Positions 1 to 8,308 of a stretch of 30,636 nucleotides of DNA are shown here, one piece after another; position 1 is the first letter of the stretch, and each line of letters starts with the position of its first letter. Under the pieces are notes generated by a model, which did not search any database, was not told where the DNA came from, and saw only the letters and a program-made list of their open reading frames with translations. Source of the stretch: a virus (Duplodnaviria; Caudoviricetes); the IMG/VR virus record IMGVR_UViG_3300020414_000236, positions 1 to 30,636 of that record. One strand, 5' to 3'. The position numbers and the translations under genes were made by a program.

Positions 1-55
1 TCCTGCAAAACAACGCACAGGTTTTCAAGCCAGTGACACAACATTTGGGTATTAA
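1..55 (+). CDS. 3' end of probable terminase large subunit (partial)
   Basis: Frame 2 reads PAKQRTGFQASDTTFGY-stop (TAA 53-55), 2 nt before the portal ATG. Position and the ..D.TFGY C-terminus resemble TerL of this phage group. Only 17 codons visible. Confidence 0.55.
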   Translation, partial: PAKQRTGFQASDTTFGY

Positions 56-57
56 GT

Positions 58-2178
58 ATGGCAGAAGAAATGTTTGAAACAGATGAAGTCGTAGCAGCAG
101 AGGACAGCAACGACAGTATTTTTGAACAAAAAGAAAGTGTGGTTACTTTTGTAGAGGATAGATACAAGAGGGCTGAAGATCATAGATATGCAGATGAGCA
201 AAGATGGCTTAGAGCATATCGTAACTATCGTGGCATCTATAGTTCAGATGTACAGTTTACAGATACAGAAAAGTCTCGTGTGTTTGTAAAAGTAACTAAG
301 ACAAAAACATTAGCAGCATATGGTCAAATAGTAGATGTACTGTTTGGTAATAATAAGTTTCCTCTATCTGTAAATCCATCTGTACTTCCTGATGGTGTTG
401 CTGAAAATGTTCACATTAATATAGACCCTAAAGCAGAGCAAGCAGGAGATGCTTTAAATCCTGTAACAGAAGCTTCTATACCTAAACCATATCTTATTGA
501 TGGTGATACTTCACTGCAGCCGGGTGAAACTCTTATGGACTTGGAGAACAGGCTTGCAGGACTTTCAAGTAAATTAGAGCCTGTTAGTGAAAAGATTATA
601 GAGGGTGCAGGTACTACTGCAACTAGTGTAACATTTCATCCTGCTATGGTTGCAGCCAAAAAGATGGAAAAGAAAATACACGATCAGCTACAAGAAAGTG
701 GCGCATCTACACACCTAAGAAGCATGGCATTTGAAATGGCATTGTTAGGTACTGGTGTTATGAAAGGTCCATTTGCTGTAGACAAAGAGTATCCTAACTG
801 GGGTGAAGATGGAGATTATGATCCTTTAGTTAAAACTGTACCTGAGTGTAGTCATGTAAGTGCATGGGATTTTTATCCTGACCCTGAAGCAAAGTCTATG
901 GATGATGCTGAGTATACTGTGCAAAGACACAAGATGTCACGCACACAGCTTCGTGCATTGAAAACACGTCCATACTTTATGGATGACTCAGTACAGAATG
1001 CTATAGATAAAGGACCAGACTATGTTCAGAAGTACTGGGAAATGTCTATGGAAGACGATGAGACACAACCTAGTTCAGAGCGTTGGGAAGTATTAGAGTT
1101 TTGGGGTTTTGTAGATACTAAGATATTAGAAGATCATGGTGTAAAGATACCTAGTGAACTTAGTAACTTAGATGAACTAAACTGTAACGTATGGATATGT
1201 AATGGTGAAGTACTACGGTTTGTATTAAATCCATTCAAGCCTACACGTATTCCATACTATGCTGTTCCATACGAGCATAACCCATACTCCTTCTTTGGCG
1301 TTGGTATTGCTGAAAATATGGATGATACTCAGACATTGATGAATGGCTTCATGAGAATGGCTATTGACAATGCTGCACTATCTGGTAATCTTATTATAGA
1401 AGTCGATGAGACTAACCTTGTACCTGGCCAAGACCTCTCAGTGTATCCCGGAAAAGTTTTTAGGAGACAAGGTGGTGCGCCAGGACAAGGAATTTTTGGA
1501 ACTAAGTTTCCAAATGTAGCCTCAGAAAACATGCAACTATTTGATAAAGCGAGGACTTTAGCTGATGAGTCAACGGGATTCCCATCATTCGCACACGGAC
1601 AAACAGGTGTTCAAGGTGTTGGTAGGACTGCTTCTGGTATTAGTATGCTTATGTCTGCTGCCAACGGAAGTATCCGAACTGTTGTTAAGAACGTAGATGA
1701 CTATCTAATTAGACCTATGGGCAAAGCATTCTTTGCATTCAATATGCAGTTTGACTTTGACGATGATATTCGTGGAGACTTAGAAGTACATGCATCTGGT
1801 ACAGAAAGCTTAATGGCTAATGAAGTACGTAGCCAACGCTTGATGCAGTTCTTACAGGTTGCACAAAATCCAGTACTTGCACCTTTTGCAAAAATGGATT
1901 ATATTATACGTGAGATTGCTAAGAGTATGGACCTTGATCCAGATAAGGTTACTAACTCTATGGCAGACGCAGCTATACAAGCTGAGATACTAAAAGGATT
2001 TCAAGCACCTGCACCAACGCCAGAACAAGGTGTAGCTAATCCTGAAAGTCCTGCAGGTCAAGGTCCACAAGGTGTAGCTGACACAACAGGAGGTGGAGGA
2101 TCACAAATAGGTACAGGTACAGCACCTTTACCAGATGAACAAGGATTCACAGGAAATGCACCTCAAGCAGCTAGTTAA
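58..2178 (+). CDS. Portal protein
   Basis: 706 aa, first gene of the head cluster. Podovirus portal motifs: WLRAYRNYRG, GTGVMKGP, WDFYPDP, PY..VPYE..PYSFFGVG, RMAIDNAALSGN, RTASGISML. Disordered Pro/Gln/Gly tail. Confidence 0.92.
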   Translation: MAEEMFETDEVVAAEDSNDSIFEQKESVVTFVEDRYKRAEDHRYADEQRWLRAYRNYRGIYSSDVQFTDTEKSRVFVKVTKTKTLAAYGQIVDVLFGNNKFPLSVNPSVLPDGVAENVHINIDPKAEQAGDALNPVTEASIPKPYLIDGDTSLQPGETLMDLENRLAGLSSKLEPVSEKIIEGAGTTATSVTFHPAMVAAKKMEKKIHDQLQESGASTHLRSMAFEMALLGTGVMKGPFAVDKEYPNWGEDGDYDPLVKTVPECSHVSAWDFYPDPEAKSMDDAEYTVQRHKMSRTQLRALKTRPYFMDDSVQNAIDKGPDYVQKYWEMSMEDDETQPSSERWEVLEFWGFVDTKILEDHGVKIPSELSNLDELNCNVWICNGEVLRFVLNPFKPTRIPYYAVPYEHNPYSFFGVGIAENMDDTQTLMNGFMRMAIDNAALSGNLIIEVDETNLVPGQDLSVYPGKVFRRQGGAPGQGIFGTKFPNVASENMQLFDKARTLADESTGFPSFAHGQTGVQGVGRTASGISMLMSAANGSIRTVVKNVDDYLIRPMGKAFFAFNMQFDFDDDIRGDLEVHASGTESLMANEVRSQRLMQFLQVAQNPVLAPFAKMDYIIREIAKSMDLDPDKVTNSMADAAIQAEILKGFQAPAPTPEQGVANPESPAGQGPQGVADTTGGGGSQIGTGTAPLPDEQGFTGNAPQAAS

Positions 2179-2347
2179 TGATAAAGAAGCTTACTCACAA
2201 TTTATTCAACACATAGACGATTTAATATACCTAAGACAACGTACAATGGAAACAGCTAATGATGCTGTGATAGTGTATAGGCAACAAGGTGCAATAGACG
2301 TACTAAGGAAGTTGAAGTTACTGAAGGAGACAGTAAACGGTGGATGA
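2135..2347 (+). CDS. Small conserved head-cluster protein (start may be ATG 2156)
   Basis: Helical 63-70 aa ORF with the YRQQG.I..LRKL pattern typical of the gene after the portal in such podoviruses. Overlaps both neighbours. Confidence 0.75.
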   Translation: MNKDSQEMHLKQLVNDKEAYSQFIQHIDDLIYLRQRTMETANDAVIVYRQQGAIDVLRKLKLLKETVNGG

Positions 2348-5300
2348 AAAGAGTCAGGGGTTGTTGGAGTTTCTAAACAAGTTCAATCCATTAACAGCAG
2401 AGTATCGTAAAAAAGAACCACTTAGTATAAAAGCTATTAAGGGTGCTACTGCTTTAACACCTCTTGACTCCGTTGTTGAAATAAGTAAAGAACTAAAGAA
2501 AGAAGAACCAGACTACAAAAAGATTGGATTGCTGACAGCTATGGAGGCAGCAGGTGCAGTAGCACCAGTGGCTAAACCTGCAATGACAGCAATAAAGGCA
2601 GGTAAAAAAGGCAAGACAGTAAAGGCATATAAGTTATTTGTAAAAGGCGAAGATGGTAAGTTATATCCTTTGTTTGTCGATGCGGATACAGAAGTACCCA
2701 TAGGCAAGACTTTAAAAGCTACGTTTCCTGAATATCGTTTTCAGGCAAAGAACGGTAACTTTTATGTACCATCACGTGGCCCTAAGAAAGCCAAAGGTAC
2801 AGGTGACATGATAGAAATACCTGACCAAGAAACTCGTGATATGTTAATTGAAGCAGGGTTTTTACCTAAAGGATCAAAAGCTAAATCAATTCGAGCAGTT
2901 GCGGCTAGACCAGGATGGCATGCAGGAGATACTCCTACTGCAAAACATATTGGTCCAGAGGTAACATTAGATGGTAAGAAGTATAAGATAAGAGGTGACA
3001 ATCAGGTATGGGCTGAAGTAGAAATGCCTGATGATGTGGATTGGCAAGCTATTGCAAACAGTAGAGCCGTTATGAAAAAAGACGGTACACCTAATGTAAA
3101 AACTGCACACATCACAGATGAGTTACCTTTCGGTGGACATTACCGATACAAGACCAATGCAAACATGGAAGGTGAATGGCTCATCAGTGGAGATATGAAA
3201 GTCATTCGTGAATTAGATAAAGATGAAGTAAAGCAGATAAATAAAGCAGCAGGTCGAGAAGACCTACCAACACTAGAAGAACTAAAAGAAAGATTAGGTT
3301 TCGCCTCTGGCGGCATAGTAGGAGAGAATATGTATAAAGGTATGGATGACTATTTAATGTCAGAGATGGCGAATGACGGTGAGCAAGGGGTTGATCTCAA
3401 TGCTACTAATATGGCTAGGGGTGGAGTCATGGGTGAAGCCGAACAAATGGAAATGAATTTTGGTGTACCTGATAATACTATAGGTCAAGACCCAGTGTCA
3501 GGTAATCCTATACCAATAGGTGCAACAGCAGAAAATGTACGAGATGATATACCTGCTAATCTTAGTGAGGGTGAAATAGTTGTACCTGCTGATGTGGTAA
3601 ACTACTGGGGTGTAAAACTGTTTGAAGACCTCAGAGCGCAAGCTAAGTTAGGCTATAATCAAATGGCACAAGATGGACGTATTGGTGGAGAGCCTATGGA
3701 CATGGTAGACAGTGAGCCTATGCCTAACGTTCCTTTTAGCATTGATGATTTGGAAGTTGTAGATGCACCAGAGGAAGCATTCTTTGGTGGTTTGTTTGGA
3801 GGCAATGACACTAGAAAGAAAAGCTCTGCGCCAAAAAGAGATAGGTCTATGAGTGCTGTTGTAAGCAGAGCGCAAGCAAATAAAAACAAGCCAAAGAATA
3901 GGGCTGAAGCAATAAGAAACTTTTTTAATGACTTGTTTCGTGATGATGATGATAACAAACCAAGTAAGCCAGTAACTGTAAGAAGAGATAATAACAAAAG
4001 TTCTACAATAGACTTTGGCTTTAGAGGCAATCCTATGGAACGTGCTTCACGTAAGTATGGATCACCTTCAACAGAAACAAAGAATGAATCACCTAGACGT
4101 GGCACTGCTGCACCTTCAGCTACTAAGGGGGCAGGAAAAGTAACACAGGCATACACAGGTATGGGTGACGGTGACGGTCAAACCTTTGCTGAGAAACTAA
4201 ACTTTCCAGGTTTTAATGTAGGTGGCTTTAGTATAGCACAAGAAGGACAGAAAGGTGGGTTTGGACAAGAGATAGGTCTTGATAATATGGGTGACCCCAA
4301 TGGTCAAATGGAAGCACGTACATATCAAAACGATGCAGGACATGAGATTATTATAATGTTTGTAAATGGGGAACCAATAACTCCAATCCCAGAAGGATAT
4401 TATCCAACAGGTGATGTTGCACCAGTAAATGCTGTAAGTTCTACACCAGTAAGTGATTCTATAGTAATGCCACAGCAATCGTCAGGTGGAGGAGGCGGTA
4501 GTGCGCCTATGCCACAACCACAGGCAGTAGACTATAAGAGCCTTTCTATAGATGAGTTAACAGATATGGTACAGTCTTCACAAAGTATGAAGGGTGACTT
4601 GATTGCAGGTGGTTTAGGTATAATTAATCCTATCATAGGCGGTGTAGTTAAGTACGCTATGTACGATCAAGCAAGAAAAACTAAAGAAGAGATTGCTCGT
4701 AGATTAGCAGAGAACGATGGTTCTATGTCAGCATCTGAAGTTGAAACACTTCAAGCATTACTAGATATAGCAGAGAAAGATAAACCAAGTCTGCTACAAA
4801 GACTATTTGGTAATGATGAAGAAGCTAAAGCAAAAGTTACTATGGGTGAAACAGAAGAGATCGTAATGGGTCTAGATGATGATGGCTCTGTACAGACAGG
4901 AGTAGGTGAGCAACCAGAAGTTACAGCAACAGAACTAGACACAGGTAAGCCATACTCACCCGGAAATAAAGCAGATGAAGCTATGACTACAGAAGAACTT
5001 ACCAATATGGTTAAGACTGCTATAGATACTTCTACTGATCCATACGTAGGTAAGCCTACTACATCTGAACCATACTCACCAACATTCAGTGATGAGATAG
5101 TAGAGGAAGCTAAGAAAGCATCTAGAGAAGCTTCTGACGCAGTATTCGAGCCTTCAGACTTTTCACCTGCACAGCAAATACAAAGACAAAGAGAAGATAC
5201 AAAAGCAGCAGGTAAGAAAGCTAGAGAAAGTTTTGAAGCATACAAGAATGATCCTGCCAACTCTAAAACTATTGCTAGGAATGCAGAAGCAATACAAAGA

Positions 5301-5486
5301 ACAGATAACGTTATTAGAGATATGGAAAGAGGTATACAACGAGGCTTCGATGAAGGTGGCTTAGTAGATAAGCCTAAAGTTAAAAAAGTAGTAAAGGGCT
5401 TGAAGAAAGCATCAAAGTCACATGCTAAACAAGCAGCTACATTAGAAGATGCATTAAAAGCTAGTAAGAAAAAGAAATCCAAATAA
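2340..5486 (+). CDS. Large modular virion cargo/ejection-like protein with N-terminal effector-like domain
   Basis: 1048 aa between portal and scaffold. Globular domain ~aa 90-310, repeated [F/M]xxGG motifs, DDIPANLSEGEIVVPADVV motif, low-complexity linkers, one hydrophobic Gly-rich segment, Lys-rich C-terminus. The ORF is solid; the function is inferred. Confidence 0.6.
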   Translation: MDEKSQGLLEFLNKFNPLTAEYRKKEPLSIKAIKGATALTPLDSVVEISKELKKEEPDYKKIGLLTAMEAAGAVAPVAKPAMTAIKAGKKGKTVKAYKLFVKGEDGKLYPLFVDADTEVPIGKTLKATFPEYRFQAKNGNFYVPSRGPKKAKGTGDMIEIPDQETRDMLIEAGFLPKGSKAKSIRAVAARPGWHAGDTPTAKHIGPEVTLDGKKYKIRGDNQVWAEVEMPDDVDWQAIANSRAVMKKDGTPNVKTAHITDELPFGGHYRYKTNANMEGEWLISGDMKVIRELDKDEVKQINKAAGREDLPTLEELKERLGFASGGIVGENMYKGMDDYLMSEMANDGEQGVDLNATNMARGGVMGEAEQMEMNFGVPDNTIGQDPVSGNPIPIGATAENVRDDIPANLSEGEIVVPADVVNYWGVKLFEDLRAQAKLGYNQMAQDGRIGGEPMDMVDSEPMPNVPFSIDDLEVVDAPEEAFFGGLFGGNDTRKKSSAPKRDRSMSAVVSRAQANKNKPKNRAEAIRNFFNDLFRDDDDNKPSKPVTVRRDNNKSSTIDFGFRGNPMERASRKYGSPSTETKNESPRRGTAAPSATKGAGKVTQAYTGMGDGDGQTFAEKLNFPGFNVGGFSIAQEGQKGGFGQEIGLDNMGDPNGQMEARTYQNDAGHEIIIMFVNGEPITPIPEGYYPTGDVAPVNAVSSTPVSDSIVMPQQSSGGGGGSAPMPQPQAVDYKSLSIDELTDMVQSSQSMKGDLIAGGLGIINPIIGGVVKYAMYDQARKTKEEIARRLAENDGSMSASEVETLQALLDIAEKDKPSLLQRLFGNDEEAKAKVTMGETEEIVMGLDDDGSVQTGVGEQPEVTATELDTGKPYSPGNKADEAMTTEELTNMVKTAIDTSTDPYVGKPTTSEPYSPTFSDEIVEEAKKASREASDAVFEPSDFSPAQQIQRQREDTKAAGKKARESFEAYKNDPANSKTIARNAEAIQRTDNVIRDMERGIQRGFDEGGLVDKPKVKKVVKGLKKASKSHAKQAATLEDALKASKKKKSK

Positions 5487-5492
5487 CTATAA

Positions 5493-5516
5493 GGCCACTC
5501 AGCTACGGCTGACCCC
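5493..5516 (+). promoter_or_regulatory. RNA hairpin with cUACGg tetraloop upstream of scaffold RBS
   Basis: GG-CCAC-TCAGC-TACG-GCTGA-CC-CC: perfect 5-bp stem, UNCG loop, asymmetric internal loop. Lies ~8 nt before SD AGGAGA (5525-5530). Confidence 0.65.
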
Positions 5517-5536
5517 AACATAAAAGGAGAATAAAT

Positions 5537-6508
5537 ATGGCTGAAGGTGGAACTATGCTTCATGAGAAGCAAAACATAAAGTCCGTTTACATGAACTCTG
5601 CGTCACATGCACGTAATGATGCACGTATAAAGCAGGATGAAGAAGAACTACAAGAACTGATGAAGCAAGCACGTGCTGCTAAAGGTATTACAGATGAAGA
5701 AGAAGAAACCACTGAAGCTGAACCCAGTAGCGAAGAGCCTGAAGCTGAACCAGTACAGGCAGAGAGTGATACCAAACAAGAAGAGAAACCAGAAGCCAAA
5801 GCACAAGAAGATGAGGCTGAGTTAAATCCTGAAGAAAAGAACTTCAAGAAACGTTATGGTGATCTTCGTAGACATCAACAAAAGAAAGAAGAAGAGTTCA
5901 ATGCTAAGATAGCAGCACTAGAAGCACAGCTAACTAAAGCTGCAAAGCAAGAACTTGTACTCCCAAAAACAGATGAAGAACTTGAAGCTTGGTCTAAAGA
6001 GTATCCTGATGTTGCAGGTATCATTGAAAGTATTGCTGATAAAAAAGCTAAGTCTTCAGCAGCAGAACTAGAAAAGCGAATGGCTGAGTTTGAAGAACTT
6101 AGGATAAATGCTCAGAAAGAAAAAGCAGAAGCAGAACTTGTAAAGATTCACCCTGACTTTATGGAGATACGTGCAGACGATACTTTTCATACATGGGCAG
6201 AAGCACAACCTAAATGGGTACAGGATGCTTTATACGAAAACATGGACGATGCAAAATCTGTAGCACGTGTAATTGACTTGTATAAAGTAGACAAGGGTAT
6301 GACAAAGAAAGCTGCAAAGAGCGAAGACAAAGCAGCAGCAGCATCAGTAAAGACAAAAGGTGCTACACCAGAAGCAGACGATAGTAAGAAGATGATACGT
6401 GAGTCTGAGGTAGCCAACATGTCAATAAGAGAATATGAGAAGAGGGCTGATGAAATTATGGAAGCCCAACGCTCTGGAAACTTTATTTATGATATGACTA
6501 GAAAGTAG
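5537..6508 (+). CDS. Capsid scaffolding protein
   Basis: 323 aa, acidic and helical (FKKRYGDLRRH, HPDF..I..D..F..W). Strong SD; directly upstream of the major capsid gene. Confidence 0.85.
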   Translation: MAEGGTMLHEKQNIKSVYMNSASHARNDARIKQDEEELQELMKQARAAKGITDEEEETTEAEPSSEEPEAEPVQAESDTKQEEKPEAKAQEDEAELNPEEKNFKKRYGDLRRHQQKKEEEFNAKIAALEAQLTKAAKQELVLPKTDEELEAWSKEYPDVAGIIESIADKKAKSSAAELEKRMAEFEELRINAQKEKAEAELVKIHPDFMEIRADDTFHTWAEAQPKWVQDALYENMDDAKSVARVIDLYKVDKGMTKKAAKSEDKAAAASVKTKGATPEADDSKKMIRESEVANMSIREYEKRADEIMEAQRSGNFIYDMTRK

Positions 6509-6536
6509 TTGACAATCTAATCATCATAGATAAAAC
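6509..6536 (+). promoter_or_regulatory. Putative sigma70-type promoter for the capsid gene
   Basis: Perfect TTGACA (6509-6514), 16-nt spacer, TAAAAC (6531-6536), at the start of the longest intergenic gap in the window. Confidence 0.55.
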
Positions 6537-6539
6537 TAT

Positions 6540-6568
6540 AGCATATACACAGCATTAGTGTGTATGCT
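6540..6568 (+). promoter_or_regulatory. 11-bp hairpin at the 5' end of the capsid leader
   Basis: AGCATATACAC-agcatta-GTGTGTATGCT, with one G-U pair. Just downstream of the putative -10 element. Confidence 0.65.
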
Positions 6569-6573
6569 TAATC

Positions 6574-6684
6574 AAGCACTAAGCCACACAAAAAGACTTA
6601 CCCAAAAGAATCGGCCCCTTATGGACTACCCGAAGACATTGGCCTCTTCATGGTGGATATGTAGTGTTACTTCAACGCCATATC
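6574..6684 (+). ncRNA. Structured cis-regulatory leader RNA of the major capsid gene (putative)
   Basis: Nested helices: AGCACTA/TAGTGTT, CCAC/GTGG, AAGA/TCTT, CCAA/TTGG, TCGG/CCGA, CC/GG. Alternative hairpin GATATG..GTGTT-ACTTC-AACGC-CATATC (6656-6684) abuts the SD TAAGGAGA. Confidence 0.5.
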
Positions 6685-6701
6685 TATAAGGAGAAACAAT
6701 T

Positions 6702-7775
6702 ATGGCTATAGCAGTTGCCTCTGGCAAAACAGGATTTGACGGCAATTTCAGCCCGATTATCTATTCTAAACAGGCACAGATTGCTTTACGTAAAGCAGCA
6801 GTTGCCAACGCAATCACAAACAACTCCTACTTCGGAGAGATTGCAAATCAAGGGGATGTTGTACGTATTCAAAAAGAGCCTGATGTAACAGTCAACGCTC
6901 TTGAGCGTAAAACAGCTATCTCTGTACAAGACCTAGATGACAGTGACTTCCAGTTAACCATTGACAAAGCTAACTACTTTGCTTTCAAAATGGATGACAT
7001 CGAAGATCAGTTTGCATCAGTTGATTTCGTAAGCCTAGCTGCAGACAGAGCAGCATACAAAATGGCTGACGCAATGGATGCAGATTTATTGTCTTATATG
7101 TCAGGTTATGACTCATCAGGTGCATTAATCACTACCGTATCAGGTACTGCACAGCACCCAACAGCAAACAATCTAAATGGTGAATTTTTAAAAGCTAACC
7201 AATTAGATGCTACTGACATGGGTCAACTAGGTTCTGCAGACTCTGCATCAACAGCTTACGCTACTGGTGACTCAATCCCACTAGCTGCACGTCTACCAGG
7301 TGCAACAACACTTTCATCAGATGTTGTATCACCACTAACAGTCGTAGCACGTATGGCACGAGTAATGGATGTTGCAAACGTTGATTCACGTGGACGTTGG
7401 TTGGTTGTTGACCCAGTATTCATGGAAATCTTGAAGGATGAGGACTCACGTCTTCTAAACTCAGATTACGGTGGATCAGGTCTACAAAACGGTCTAGCTG
7501 TTAACAACTTACACGGCTTCAGAGTCTATGTATCTAACAACCTACCTGCTAAAGGTACAGGTGCAGGTACATCAGGTTCACTAGCACAAGACGCAAACTA
7601 TGGTGTAATCTTGGGCGGTCAAGAAGACGCAGTTGCATCTGCAGAGCAGATCAGCAAAGTTGAGAACTACAGAGATCCTGACTCATTTGCAGACATTGTA
7701 CGTGGTATGCACCTCTATGGACGTAAAATTCTACGCCCAGAAGCATTGGTGTCAGCTATCTACAACGCTGCTTAA
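6702..7775 (+). CDS. Major capsid protein (HK97 fold, P22 coat-like)
   Basis: 357 aa: NFSPIIYSK, Y.GEI...GD.V.I, GRWLVVDP, GFRVYVSNNLP, SFADIVRGMHLYGRKILRPEAL. Strong SD; followed by a terminator. Confidence 0.95.
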   Translation: MAIAVASGKTGFDGNFSPIIYSKQAQIALRKAAVANAITNNSYFGEIANQGDVVRIQKEPDVTVNALERKTAISVQDLDDSDFQLTIDKANYFAFKMDDIEDQFASVDFVSLAADRAAYKMADAMDADLLSYMSGYDSSGALITTVSGTAQHPTANNLNGEFLKANQLDATDMGQLGSADSASTAYATGDSIPLAARLPGATTLSSDVVSPLTVVARMARVMDVANVDSRGRWLVVDPVFMEILKDEDSRLLNSDYGGSGLQNGLAVNNLHGFRVYVSNNLPAKGTGAGTSGSLAQDANYGVILGGQEDAVASAEQISKVENYRDPDSFADIVRGMHLYGRKILRPEALVSAIYNAA

Positions 7776-7790
7776 TTATAAAATAAACTT

Positions 7791-7824
7791 AGAGGCTGAC
7801 TTCGGTTGGCCTCTTTGTGTATGT
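7791..7824 (+). terminator. Rho-independent terminator after capsid gene, probably leaky
   Basis: AGAGGCTGAC-TTCG-GTTGGCCTCT: 10-bp stem with cUUCGg loop, followed by an interrupted U tract (TTGTGTATGT). Confidence 0.85.
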
Positions 7825-7848
7825 TAACCTACATAAGGACATTTCCAA

Positions 7849-8286
7849 ATGGCAATTACAACGGCAATGTGCAGCAGCTTCAAGCAAGAGCTTCTTGGAG
7901 GTGTTCACGACTTAGATACAGACACTATAAAAATAGCTTTGATAAAAGACTCACCATCAGGTACGTATGGTGCGGCTACTACAAACTATTCTGATGTTAC
8001 AGGTAACTCAGATGAGGCTAGTGGTACTGGTTATTCAGCAGGTGGTCAAACATTAGACTCTCCTGCTATTAGTTTATCAGGAACTACAGCTATTGTAGAC
8101 TTTGCAGACGAAGTATTTTCTACTCTAACATTATCTGCAGATGGTGCAATTATGTACAACGCATCACAGTCTAATAAAGCTATTGCAGTGTTTAATTTTG
8201 GCAGTACCATTAGTGCAACAAACGGTGACTTTACTGTTGTCTTCCCAACAGCAGACGCATCCAACGCAGTAATCCGTATCGCTTAA
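7849..8286 (+). CDS. Virion structural protein (putative fibre-base/adaptor subunit)
   Basis: 145 aa beta-rich; FKQELL.G.HD, GY.AGG, DFAD..F, GA..YN, GDFT..FP pattern common in marine phage structural modules. Confidence 0.65.
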   Translation: MAITTAMCSSFKQELLGGVHDLDTDTIKIALIKDSPSGTYGAATTNYSDVTGNSDEASGTGYSAGGQTLDSPAISLSGTTAIVDFADEVFSTLTLSADGAIMYNASQSNKAIAVFNFGSTISATNGDFTVVFPTADASNAVIRIA

Positions 8287-8308
8287 TTTTACATAAAGGT
8301 ATTTCGCA

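Noticed and set aside
6540-6700. tRNA or known riboswitch (e.g. cobalamin) in the capsid leader
   Set aside because: No cloverleaf, T-loop or B12-box consensus visible; kept only as an unnamed structured leader.
7633-7994. Alternate-frame ORFs spanning the capsid stop (possible T7 10B-like frameshift extension)
   Set aside because: No slippery heptamer near the capsid 3' end, the extension would run through the terminator, and the translations look non-coding.
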